This document shows, one piece after another, positions 42,592 through 51,249 of a stretch of 64,000 bases of DNA. Made by a program: the position numbers and the translations under genes. The notes below the pieces were generated by a model that was not told the origin of the DNA, did no database searches, and saw only the letters and a program-made list of their open reading frames with translations. Origin of the DNA: Anaeromyxobacteraceae bacterium (GTDB taxonomy: Bacteria; Myxococcota; Myxococcia; Myxococcales; Anaeromyxobacteraceae); assembly GCA_047602405.1 (NCBI GenBank), contig JASGHJ010000002.1, positions 2,656,001-2,720,000 on the forward strand, read 5' to 3'. The number at the start of each line of letters is the position of its first letter. Positions within the stretch are counted from its first letter, which is position 1.

Positions 42592-44838
42592 TCAGGCGCC
42601 GAGGTCCTCCGCGGTCCTGAGGCCCATCGTCAGCCGGTCGGAGAGCCGCCCGGCCTGCCGCACCCGGCTCGCGTCCACGAGCATGCGCCCCGCCCAGCGG
42701 TACACGTTGAACTCGGCCACGAGGCGCCGCATCGCGCGCATCCGCTCGGCCTGCTGCTCGGCGGGCATCGTGAGCGCGGTGGCCAGCGCCGCGCTCGCCT
42801 CCTCGAGGTCGTACGGGTTCACGACGAGCGCCTCGGAGAGCTCCCGCGCGGCGCCGGTGAAGCGCGACAGCACCAGCACGCCGCGCTCGTCCTCCCGGGC
42901 GGCGACGAACTCCTTCGCGACGAGGTTCATCCCGTCGTGCAGCGAAGAGACGTAGCAGAGGTCCGCGGCGCGCAGGAACTCGAAGATGGCCGGTGGCTCG
43001 TGGTGGCTGCGGAGCAGCACCACCGGCCGCCAGCCGTCCCGGGCGAAGCGCGCGTCGATGCGGGCCGCGAGCGCCTCCACCCGCGCGTCGAGCGCCCGGT
43101 ACCGCTCGATGAGCGTGCGGCTGGGCGCGGCGAGCTGCACGAAGGTGAAGCGCCCGTGCAGCCAGGGGAACCGCTCGAGCGCGCGCTCGACGGCGAGCAG
43201 CCGCTCCTCGATGCCCTTCGTGTAGTCGAGCCGGTCCACCCCGACCCCGAGGAGCGCGTCGGCGGGGAGCCCGAGCCGCTGCCGCACCACGCGCCGGCAC
43301 TCGGCGGGCGGCGGCGCCCCCGCGGCCCAGTGGTTGGGCCACTCGATCGAGATCGGGTAGCTGCGCACCAGGCACTCCCGGCCCGCCTGGACCACGCTCT
43401 GCCGCTCGCGGTCGATGCGCGACTCGAGGAAGCGGTCCACCGCGTCGACGAAGTTGTTGCAGTGCTGCTGCGTGTGGAAGCCGACGATCGACGAGCCGAG
43501 CAGGCCGTCGAGGAGCTCGCGGGCCCACGGGCAGATGGCGAGCCGCTCCGCGTTCGGCCAGGGGATGTGCCAGAAGGTGAGGATGGTGGCGCGCGGCAGG
43601 CGCTCGCGGATCATCCGGGGCGCGAGCGCGAAGTGGTAGTCCTGCACGAGGACGATGGGGTCGGGCCCCTCCACCTCCTCGCAGACCGCCTCCGCGAAGC
43701 GCCGGTTCACCCGCTCGTACTCGCGGAAGTCCGCCGCCCGGAACTCGGGCCGGGTGTCGGCGAGGTGGCAGAGCGGCCAGAGCCCCTCGTTCGAGAAGCC
43801 GTAGTAGTAGCCCCGCTCCTCCTCCTGCGAGAGCCAGACCCGGCGGATGGCGTAGGACTCCTCGCCCGGGGGGACCCGCACGCGGTCGTGCCGGTCCACC
43901 GTCTCGCGGTCGGCGTCGCCGCTCCCGTGCGCGACCCAGGTGCCCGAACAGGCGCGCATCACCGGCTCGATCGCGGTGACGAGCCCGCTCGCCGGGTGGA
44001 GCACCCGCAGCTCGCCATCCTCGCCGCGCGCGTGGACGTAGGGCTCGCGGTTCGCGAGGAGCACCACGCTCTCGCCGTGCAGCGCCTCGCGGAGCACGTG
44101 CTGGAGCCGCGCGGCGGACCAGGGGCCGACCGCGGCGGCGCGCTCGGCGGCGAGCTCCGCCACGAGCCGGCGCACGTCGGCGAGGAGCGGCTGGAACTGC
44201 TGGCGTGGCGGGCGGGTCCCGAGAGGCAAGGAGACGCGCGCGAGCGGGAGCATGCGGCGCAGCTCGTCGGTCCAGCTCCGCCACGAGGCGCGCCGGAGCG
44301 CCACCGTGAGCACCGAGGCGAGGAGCGCGACGAGCCCGAACGTGCCGAGCGTGAAGCGGCGCATGGCCTCCTCGCGGCGGGTCATGAAGGAGAGGTCGTG
44401 CACGAGCACCAGCGCGCCCCGCGGCGCGCCCTCCGCGACGAGCGGGTGCAGGCTCGCGAGCACGCGCCCGCCGTCGACCTGGTCCTCGACGGTGTCCTCC
44501 GGCCCTGCGCCGCGCGCGCGCATCGCGGCGCAGGAGAGCTGCGCCGGGTAGGCGCGGGTCCGCGCCACCGGCGCGAACGCCTCGTCGCAGAGCTCGGCCG
44601 CCATGACGCGCTCGTCGCGGGTGAGATCCTCGAGCAGCGCCGCGGCCCGGCGGCGATCGTCGCCCGCCACGAGCGGCGCGAGGGCGGCCTGTGCGCCGGT
44701 GGCCGCGAGCCGGGCCCGCAGCGCGACGTCGCGCAGGAACCAGGCCCGCGCCGCCTCGTTGACGATCTGTGAAGCGCCCAGGGCGAGGAGCGCGAGGCAA
44801 CCCAGCAGCGGCAGCCCCACCCGCCATATCGTCCGCAT
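42592..44838 (-). CDS. otsA: Trehalose-6-phosphate synthase (GT20) with N-terminal two-TM sensor-like domain
   Basis: ANREP, SGLVTA, QDYH, FWHIPWP, GVDRLDYTKG, DGMNLVAKEF. Confidence 0.88.
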   Translation of the reverse strand: MRTIWRVGLPLLGCLALLALGASQIVNEAARAWFLRDVALRARLAATGAQAALAPLVAGDDRRRAAALLEDLTRDERVMAAELCDEAFAPVARTRAYPAQLSCAAMRARGAGPEDTVEDQVDGGRVLASLHPLVAEGAPRGALVLVHDLSFMTRREEAMRRFTLGTFGLVALLASVLTVALRRASWRSWTDELRRMLPLARVSLPLGTRPPRQQFQPLLADVRRLVAELAAERAAAVGPWSAARLQHVLREALHGESVVLLANREPYVHARGEDGELRVLHPASGLVTAIEPVMRACSGTWVAHGSGDADRETVDRHDRVRVPPGEESYAIRRVWLSQEEERGYYYGFSNEGLWPLCHLADTRPEFRAADFREYERVNRRFAEAVCEEVEGPDPIVLVQDYHFALAPRMIRERLPRATILTFWHIPWPNAERLAICPWARELLDGLLGSSIVGFHTQQHCNNFVDAVDRFLESRIDRERQSVVQAGRECLVRSYPISIEWPNHWAAGAPPPAECRRVVRQRLGLPADALLGVGVDRLDYTKGIEERLLAVERALERFPWLHGRFTFVQLAAPSRTLIERYRALDARVEALAARIDARFARDGWRPVVLLRSHHEPPAIFEFLRAADLCYVSSLHDGMNLVAKEFVAAREDERGVLVLSRFTGAARELSEALVVNPYDLEEASAALATALTMPAEQQAERMRAMRRLVAEFNVYRWAGRMLVDASRVRQAGRLSDRLTMGLRTAEDLGA

Positions 44839-44943
44839 CCGCGGAAGGTGCCCGCCGGCAGGCGGGCAAGCAAGCCCCCGCGGGTACGGGGACCCTCACG
44901 GAGGTGCGTCGAGGTGCTTCACGCGCCGCCGGGGTGGGCGGGC

Positions 44944-44997
44944 CCGTTCATCCCGACCCTCCGACGCGCCCGGCGTGAACGGAGTCGAGGGACGAGC
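44944..44997 (+). repeat. REP-like palindrome copy
   Basis: CCGTTCATCCCGA...CGGAGTCGAGGGACGAGC, arms shared with the copies at 35731 and 60651. Confidence 0.65.
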
Positions 44998-45008
44998 CCC
45001 CGCAGCGC

Positions 45009-45482
45009 TCAGCTCGGGCGCGGGTCGGCCCACTCCCAGACGAGCGCACCGTCGCGCGCGGCGCGCTCGAGCAGGCGCGCGAGCTCCTCGAGCGGCGCGG
45101 CCGGGGGCACGTCGATGGCCACGAGCTTCGGCCGGAGCACCTCGTGCGTGCAGCCGAGCCGGACGACGGCCGCGAGGAGCCGCTCGGTCCGCTCGCTCCC
45201 GAGCTCCTCGCCCACGTCGAGCGCGAGCCGGAGCGTGCGGTGCCCGCCCCGCTCCACCACGGCGTCGATCCACGGCGGCCGCCCCGGCGCGTGCACCACG
45301 TCCTCGCGGGAGAGGCCGTACGCGAAGAACGGGCAGCTCTCGACGCGGTAGCGGCCGGACCCGAGCGGCTCGGCCCACAGCCAGTCGTCGTCGGGCCCCG
45401 GCTCGCCCGGCCCGCGCTCGAGCGCGATGCGGATCCGCACCAGCCCCTCGACGGCCTCGACCTCGTCCTTCGTCCCCGGCAC
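45009..45482 (-). CDS. DUF4265-like protein
   Basis: WLWAEPLGSGRYRVESCPFFAYGLSREDVV..GGHRTLR..VAIDVPP; GTG 45482. Confidence 0.75.
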   Translation of the reverse strand: MPGTKDEVEAVEGLVRIRIALERGPGEPGPDDDWLWAEPLGSGRYRVESCPFFAYGLSREDVVHAPGRPPWIDAVVERGGHRTLRLALDVGEELGSERTERLLAAVVRLGCTHEVLRPKLVAIDVPPAAPLEELARLLERAARDGALVWEWADPRPS

Positions 45483-45492
45483 GCAGGAGGTT

Positions 45493-47433
45493 CTAAGAGC
45501 TGTCCCACAATTGCTCAAGCAAGTCGTGGGGCAGACCGGTTCGCCACCGGGCCCGCTCGGACGTGGTCTCCCGTGAGGAAGGCTCATTCCGGGTTGGGCC
45601 CGCGGCCGTGCCGGCGGTTCGCCGAGCCACCGGCGATGAGGCCGGTGTGGACGTCCGCCACGCGGGGCAACTGGCCTCGCGGGCGAAGAGGTCGTTTGAC
45701 TCGGACCGGGTGTCTTGCCACCCGAGACACAGGTAGGGTGTGAGGAGGCGCTGGATTTCGGGGCGGGAGCCGTTTGCGGCGGCGTAGTCGACGCGCGCCG
45801 AGTCGGGTTCGCTGGAGAGGTCGAGCACGACGAAGCTCGCGAGCACCGCGGAGACGGCGTCGCGGTCGCCCTCGAGGCCGCAGCCTGGGCAGCGGTGGAC
45901 CCGGTCGGCGAGGGTCTTCGGCACGCGGGCGCCGCAGGGGCAATGCTGGGAGAGCGCGGTCGTGCGGGTGGGGATCCGGACGACGCCTCCCTTGGTCTGG
46001 GCGAGGCCTGCCACCGCCTTTGCCTCGCGGTCGATGGCCGAGACGAGCAGGCCCGGCGTGAATGCGGCCACGCCGCGGCCCCAGCGGCGCGCCCACGCGG
46101 AGATGTGGCCTTCCTCGACGAACAGTCGGTAGCCGTGGGTTCGGACGACGTCGGCAGCCACCCGCCTGGCGCGGTCGCGGCGGGCCTGCACCCCGGCAGC
46201 CGCGCTGGCGACCTCTTCGGCCCGAAGCCGCCGGTGGCGGCGCGAAAGTTGGTCGCGCCGGTAGGCCTGGAGCGGCACGCCGTCCGCCCTCGCAATCCTC
46301 GGCCCCTGCGGAATGACGTTCACGGGCGAGAGGCCAGAGGCGGCGCGTCGCCGGGCGCGCTTCTCTTGCCGCGTCGACAGCCGGTACTGTTCCTGGTTGG
46401 CAGCGCGGCGGGACCGGTCCAGCGCCCGCTGCCTGCGGCGCTCGCGGCGCCGCCGGCCACGGTCTCCATCCTTCGTGGCAAGGTCGCGCGCGATCCGCGT
46501 GAGGCGCAGGTCGCCTCCCGCCACCTGCGAGGCGATCGTCAGGTTCGACACGTTGACGTCCATCCCCGCGAGGCGGTCAGCCTCGGCGACGGCGACCTCC
46601 GCTCGACGCGCCCTCGTGGCGGGCGAGAGGTAAGGCTCCTTCAGCACCATCAGGTGGGCTTCGTAACGCCAACCTCCGGGCGCATGAGGTGCCCGGGTGC
46701 GAACGAGGTCGACCTTGTGCCAGAGGCTCGGGTCGGCGAGGTGGTAGTCGAGGATGGGCTGGTTGCACGGTGCCGTGGGCAGTCGCACCGGGAGGACCAG
46801 CGAGCCGTCGGCGAGCCCGCTGAAGACGAGCATCAAAGGACCTTGGTAGGCCCACCAGTCGACGCGGCCGCCCGGAGCCGAGGGGGCTCCGAGGCGATGG
46901 CCCGCGAGCGAGCCGTGCAGCCGGAAGGTCTCCCACTTCCGCGCCGTCGTGTGAGAGCGCGCGCGGCCGGGCAGCCTCCCGAAGTCGAACCACCGTCCGA
47001 CGTGGAGCAGTCCCTGCCGCTTTCCGGTCGCGTCGGGGAACAGGTGCCGCTCCGCCGCCGACCAGACCGAGTCGGCGAGGTGCATCGCGAGCGCCTTCGT
47101 GACGAAGCGCCGGAGGTGAGGCGCCGCCTCGAGAACGGCGTACGCGGTGTGCTCGAGCGCCTCCCGGCTCAGGCCGAGCCGGTCGCGCGTGCCCGCGGCG
47201 TCCCGGGCCCGTTCGTGCTTCGCCGCCCAGTAGGCCCGCGTACGGTTCCGGGCCGCCCGCTGCAGCGCCCGCCGCACCCGGTACGCGTCCGCGAACATCC
47301 GCTCGAGCCGCCGACGCTGCAGGGGATCGTGGACGTCGAGCGCGAGCCGCAGGACCGACACGCCGCCCTCGGGCCGGCGCGCCCAGGGCTCCTGCTTGTT
47401 CGGACCGCGGGTCCGCTTGGGTTCGACTTCCAC
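45493..47433 (-). CDS. tnpB: Large TnpB-like RuvC nuclease, 646 aa
   Basis: RuvC-I AGMDVN, Arg-rich helix QRALDRSRRAANQEQY, RuvC-II LFVEEG, TTALSQHCPCG..HRCPGCG zinc finger, RuvC-III DRDAVSA; stop TAG lies at the element boundary. Confidence 0.85.
   Translation of the reverse strand: MEVEPKRTRGPNKQEPWARRPEGGVSVLRLALDVHDPLQRRRLERMFADAYRVRRALQRAARNRTRAYWAAKHERARDAAGTRDRLGLSREALEHTAYAVLEAAPHLRRFVTKALAMHLADSVWSAAERHLFPDATGKRQGLLHVGRWFDFGRLPGRARSHTTARKWETFRLHGSLAGHRLGAPSAPGGRVDWWAYQGPLMLVFSGLADGSLVLPVRLPTAPCNQPILDYHLADPSLWHKVDLVRTRAPHAPGGWRYEAHLMVLKEPYLSPATRARRAEVAVAEADRLAGMDVNVSNLTIASQVAGGDLRLTRIARDLATKDGDRGRRRRERRRQRALDRSRRAANQEQYRLSTRQEKRARRRAASGLSPVNVIPQGPRIARADGVPLQAYRRDQLSRRHRRLRAEEVASAAAGVQARRDRARRVAADVVRTHGYRLFVEEGHISAWARRWGRGVAAFTPGLLVSAIDREAKAVAGLAQTKGGVVRIPTRTTALSQHCPCGARVPKTLADRVHRCPGCGLEGDRDAVSAVLASFVVLDLSSEPDSARVDYAAANGSRPEIQRLLTPYLCLGWQDTRSESNDLFAREASCPAWRTSTPASSPVARRTAGTAAGPTRNEPSSRETTSERARWRTGLPHDLLEQLWDSS
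45496..45720 (-). ncRNA. Putative omega/reRNA-like scaffold overlapping the nuclease 3' end; boundaries speculative
   Basis: Hairpins GCGGG-C-CCGGU/ACCGGUCUGC (45531-45556) and CCCACGA-C-UUGC/GCAA-UUGUGGG (45504-45530) abut the terminus; inferred by analogy with TnpB systems. Confidence 0.45.
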
Positions 47434-47473
47434 CTTTTCACCTTAAGCCAAAGCCCTGACAGGCGTTCAGGGC
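47434..47473 (-). promoter_or_regulatory. Leaderless-type -10 for the nuclease gene plus an inverted repeat between the divergent element genes
   Basis: Minus strand TAAGGT-N6-GTG(47433); GCCCTGA-N7-TCAGGGC at 47453-47473. Confidence 0.5.
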
Positions 47474-47489
47474 CTCCGAGCAGGCGCCC

Positions 47490-48168
47490 ATGGACGAAGT
47501 GAGCAACGTTCGCGCCTCCAGGCTGTCCCTCATCCCGACCCACCGACTGCTCACCCTCGCGTCCCTCTCATGGCGCGACCTTGCTCGCCTCCGGCGCGTG
47601 CTCCCCGCGTCCAGGTGCCGGGGGCGTCCCTGCTCGAGCTCGCCGCTGCACCGTCTCCTCGTCGCCTGCATCGCGCTGCGCACCAACCTCACCCTGCGCG
47701 AGCTCGCCGCCGTCGTCGGCCTCTCGAAGTCGACCGTCCATCGCATCGTCGCAGCCTTCACGCCGAGGCTCGCTGGCCTCGCTCGCCCTCCCGTCCGGAG
47801 AGATCGCCGCGAGACCTGGATCGTCGATGGGACCCTCATCCTCACTCGTGATCACGGCCGCCCACCGTCGGCGAGCACACGGCGGTGGTCGAGGCCCCTG
47901 AAAGCGGGGATGCGAAGGCCGGTGAAGCCTCGGTATCCTGCAACGCCCGGGTGCTCGTGCGCTGGCGAGACCGTCGGAGCAACGGGACCGTTCGGGATCG
48001 CGCCTGGCGCCGCCATCGTCGCCGCCGGGCTCGCGTCGAACACGTCCTCGCTCGCCTCAAAGGCGCGTCCTGCGCGACCACCGCCGACGCGGCCGCCACC
48101 TCGCGGCCACCGTGGCAGCCGTCGCCGTCCTTCACAATCTCAAGCGAAACTTGTGGGACAGCTTCTAG
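47490..48168 (+). pseudogene. IS5-family DDE transposase (HTH_Tnp_4/DDE_Tnp_4-like), disrupted
   Basis: LRTNLTLRELAAVVGLSKSTVHRIV, WIVDGTLILTRDH; second frame SCNARVLV..RARVEHVLARLK; third frame VLRDHRR..VLHNLKRNLWDSF*; central region with the second Asp (ADGGY-type motif) is missing. Confidence 0.88.
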
Positions 48169-48953
48169 CGCGGACCGAGCCGCGCCGCGATCCCCTCGGC
48201 GAGGTCCCCGCCCGTGTGCCGCGGCGGAACGACACCCGGCTCGAGGCCCTCCTCCCGGAGCGCCGCCGCGGTGGTCGGGCCGATGGCCGCCAGCACGAGG
48301 CCCGCGGCGCCGAGCAGCGCGCGCGCGCGCGGGCCCAGCCCCGCGACCACCGCCCGGACGGCGGACGGCGACGCGAAGGCCACCGCCGCGATCTCGCCGG
48401 CGTCGAGCCAGCGGCCGAGCGGCGCGAACGCCTCGGGCGCGGCCGGGACGGTGCGGTACGCCTCGACGGCGACCACCTCGGCGCCCGCCGCGGCGAGCCC
48501 CGCCAGGATCTCCGGGCGCCCCTCCGCCGGGCGCGGCACGAGCACCCGGGCGCCGCGCACCTCGGGGCCGAGCGCGGCGGCGAGCGCGTCGCCGCGGGCC
48601 TCCGCGGGCACGAGGTCCGGGGGCCGGCCCAGCGCGGCCTCCAGGCGCTGCGCGGTGGCCGGGCCGACCGCGCCCAGGCGCAGGCGTCCGAGCGCGGCGC
48701 GCGGCACGCCCAGGGCGGCCATGCGCTCGAGCGTGCGGTCGACGGCGGTCGCGCTCGCGAAGACCGCCCAGGCGTGGGACGGCAGCGCGCGCAGCGCCGC
48801 GTCGAGCGGCCCCGGGTCGGCGGGCGGCGCGAACGCGATGGCGGCGACGTCGCGGACCTCCGCGCCGAGCGCGCGAAGCCGGGCGGACAGCTCGTCCTCC
48901 CCGCCGCGGCCGCGGGTCACCACCACGGCGCGCCCGGCGAGGGGGCCGGCCAA
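48165..48953 (-). CDS. hemD: Uroporphyrinogen-III synthase
   Basis: VVVTR, FASATAV, AVGPATA, AYRT, FASPSAV, AIGPTTA; follows hemC. Confidence 0.92.
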   Translation of the reverse strand: MAGPLAGRAVVVTRGRGGEDELSARLRALGAEVRDVAAIAFAPPADPGPLDAALRALPSHAWAVFASATAVDRTLERMAALGVPRAALGRLRLGAVGPATAQRLEAALGRPPDLVPAEARGDALAAALGPEVRGARVLVPRPAEGRPEILAGLAAAGAEVVAVEAYRTVPAAPEAFAPLGRWLDAGEIAAVAFASPSAVRAVVAGLGPRARALLGAAGLVLAAIGPTTAAALREEGLEPGVVPPRHTGGDLAEGIAARLGPR

Positions 48954-48958
48954 GTCCG

Positions 48959-49906
48959 CTACCCCTGGCGCTTCGGGGCCGAGAGCCCCGCCGCCTTGCC
49001 CTCGGCCTCCTTGAGGATGGCCGCGGCACCCTTCGAGAGGAGGTCCTCGGCGAGCGCGACGCCCATCGCGCGCGCGGAGCCGGCGGGACCGGTCCGCTCA
49101 CCGCGGATGATGCGGGTGCCGTCGAGCGACGCGACGAGCGCGCGCATCTTCACCGTCCCGCCGTCCACCGTGGCGTGGCCGGCGATCGGCACCTGGCAGC
49201 CGCCCTCGATGCGGCCGAGGAACCCGCGCTCCGCCTCGATGCGCACCCGGGTCTCCGGGTGCTCGAGCCGGGCGAGGCGCGCCATCGTGGCGGCGTCGGC
49301 GGCGCGGGCCTCGAGCGCGAGCGCGCCCTGGGCGACGGCCGGCAGCATCTCGTCGGGCGAGAGCACCTGGGTGGCGTGCTCGGCGAGGCCGAGGCGGCGC
49401 AGGCCGGCGTACGCGAGGACCACCGCGTCGAGCTCGGAGGTGGCCTTGTTGAGCCGGGTCTGCACGTTGCCGCGCACGACGTGGAGCTCGAGGTCGGGGC
49501 GGACCGCCTTGAGCTGGGCGCCGCGGCGGAGCGAGGAGGTGCCGACCTTCGCGCCCTTCGGGAGCTGGTCGAGCGTCTTCCAGCGCGGCGAGCAGAGCGC
49601 GTCGCGCGGGTCCTCGCGCACCGGGACGGCGGCGATGACGAGCCCCGGCGCGAGCTCGGCCGGGAGGTCCTTCATCGAGTGCACGGCGATCTCGGCGTCG
49701 CCCTTCAGGAGCGCGTCCTCGATCTCCTTCACGAACAGCCCCTTGCCGCCGACCTCGGCGAGCGGCACCTCGAGGATGCGGTCGCCCTTGGTCATGAGCT
49801 CGTGGAGCACCACCTCGAGGCCGGGCTCCTGGGCACGGAGGAGGTCGGCCACGTGGTTGGCCTGCCACTTCGCCAGCGGGCTGCGGCGGGTCGCGATGCG
49901 GATCAT
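48959..49906 (-). CDS. hemC: Hydroxymethylbilane synthase
   Basis: IATRRSPLAKWQA, GGKGLFVKE, VHSMKD, GTSSLRR, GGCQVPI. Confidence 0.97.
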   Translation of the reverse strand: MIRIATRRSPLAKWQANHVADLLRAQEPGLEVVLHELMTKGDRILEVPLAEVGGKGLFVKEIEDALLKGDAEIAVHSMKDLPAELAPGLVIAAVPVREDPRDALCSPRWKTLDQLPKGAKVGTSSLRRGAQLKAVRPDLELHVVRGNVQTRLNKATSELDAVVLAYAGLRRLGLAEHATQVLSPDEMLPAVAQGALALEARAADAATMARLARLEHPETRVRIEAERGFLGRIEGGCQVPIAGHATVDGGTVKMRALVASLDGTRIIRGERTGPAGSARAMGVALAEDLLSKGAAAILKEAEGKAAGLSAPKRQG

Positions 49907-49923
49907 GTCTCGTGTTCTCCTGG

Positions 49924-51249
49924 CTACGACTCGGACGACGCCGCCTTGCGGTCGGGGGCGCGTGGTTCGGGTCTCTTCGGGTCCGGCGACGCGCCGGGGC
50001 TTTGCTCGCCCGCGATGCCGAACAGGTCGGCCGCGGCGGTGGGCAGGGTCCCGTCGCCGGAGGCCGCGGCCTCCTTCAGGCGGGAGGTCGGGCCGTGGAG
50101 GAGCTTGTTGACGATGGCCTGCGCCATCGCCTCCACGCTGCGCTTCCCCTTCTCGTCGAGCTTCTGGCCGAGGTGGGCGAGCGTCCGCTCGGCCTCGGCG
50201 CGGGCGATCTGCTCCGCGTGGCGGCGGAGCTCGGAGAGCACCGGCAGGGCCGCCCGGGTCTCCCGCTCCTTCGCGAAGGCCATCACCTCGGCCTCCACGA
50301 TCGCCTCCGCCCGGAGCGCCTCGCCCTTGCGGGCCTCCTGGGTGGAGTTGACCACGCGCTCCATGTCGTCCACGTCGTAGGCGAAGACCTCGCCCATCTC
50401 GGCGCAGGCCGGGTCGACGTTGCGCGGCACCGCGAGGTCGATGAGGCAGAGCGAGCGGGAGCGGCGCGAGCGCATCGCGGTCCCGACGAGCTCCTTCGTG
50501 ACGACGTACGTCGGGGCGCCGGTCGAGACGATCACGACGTCCGCCTCGACGAGCAGCCGCGGGAGCTCCTCGAAGGTCCGGAACAGCCCGCCCACCTGCT
50601 CGGCGAGCGCGAGGCCGCGCTCCGGCGAGCGGTTCGTGACGAGGATCCGGTCGGCGCCGAGCACCGCGAGGGCCTTCGCCGAGAGCGCGCCCATCTTGCC
50701 GGCGCCCACGAGGAGGATGGCCCGGCCCTTCAGGTCTCCGAAGATCTTCTCCACGAGCTCGACGGCGACCTGGGACATCGAGGTCGCGCCCCGCCCGATC
50801 TCGGTCTCGGTGCGGATGCGCTTCGCGGTCGAGAAGGCGCGGTTGCAGAGGCGCGAGATGTAGGAGCCGGCGGTCTGGGCGGAGCTCGCGAGGCCGTAGG
50901 CCTCCTTCACCTGGCCGAGGATCTGCTGCTCGCCGACGACCATCGAGTCCAGTGACGAAGAGACCCGGAACAGGTGCCGGATCGCCTCGACGCCGCGGCG
51001 CACGTAGACGTGGTCGCCGGCGGCCTGGGAGCGGGAGGTGAAGAACCCGCGCGCCGCGGCCTCCGACTCGGCGTGGACGAACACCTCCACGCGGTTGCAG
51101 GTCGAGACCACGAAGGCCTCGTCCACCCCGGGCTCGGCCTTGAGCGCCTGCATCGCGACCTTGAGCGCGTCGCCGGTCAGCGCGACCTTCTCGCGGACCT
51201 CGATGGGCGCGCTCTTGTGCGACAGGCCGACGAGGAACAGCTCCTTCAC
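49924..51249 (-). CDS. hemA: Glutamyl-tRNA reductase
   Basis: [53 protein letters not shown]. Confidence 0.97.
   Translation of the reverse strand: MKELFLVGLSHKSAPIEVREKVALTGDALKVAMQALKAEPGVDEAFVVSTCNRVEVFVHAESEAAARGFFTSRSQAAGDHVYVRRGVEAIRHLFRVSSSLDSMVVGEQQILGQVKEAYGLASSAQTAGSYISRLCNRAFSTAKRIRTETEIGRGATSMSQVAVELVEKIFGDLKGRAILLVGAGKMGALSAKALAVLGADRILVTNRSPERGLALAEQVGGLFRTFEELPRLLVEADVVIVSTGAPTYVVTKELVGTAMRSRRSRSLCLIDLAVPRNVDPACAEMGEVFAYDVDDMERVVNSTQEARKGEALRAEAIVEAEVMAFAKERETRAALPVLSELRRHAEQIARAEAERTLAHLGQKLDEKGKRSVEAMAQAIVNKLLHGPTSRLKEAAASGDGTLPTAAADLFGIAGEQSPGASPDPKRPEPRAPDRKAASSES

Larger units (their letters stand above)
45496..48165. mobile_element. IS5-family (ISL2/IS112-like) element carrying a TnpB-like nuclease gene
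   Basis: Left end AGAGCTGTCCCACAA; right end reverse complement GAAGCTGTCCCACAA (13/15); TA flanks at 45494-45495 and 48166-48167; reconstructed empty site ggttCTAGcgcg contains the hemD stop; codon usage visibly less GC-biased than flanks. Confidence 0.88.

Noticed and set aside
47870..47940. Resemblance of GAAAGCGGGGATGCGAAGGCC to a c-di-GMP-I (GEMM) riboswitch core
   Set aside because: The upstream GGCAAAC and downstream P3/P1 elements are lacking, and it lies within a pseudogene; would need an Infernal hit.
44840..48170. CRISPR array near the TnpB/Cas12-like gene
   Set aside because: No regularly spaced direct repeats and no cas1/cas2 seen, so the protein is treated as TnpB-like rather than Cas12.
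47490..50111. 873-aa ORF as a full-length transposase fusion
   Set aside because: Only the first ~135 aa are transposase-like; the rest reads through the TIR antisense to hemD and hemC.
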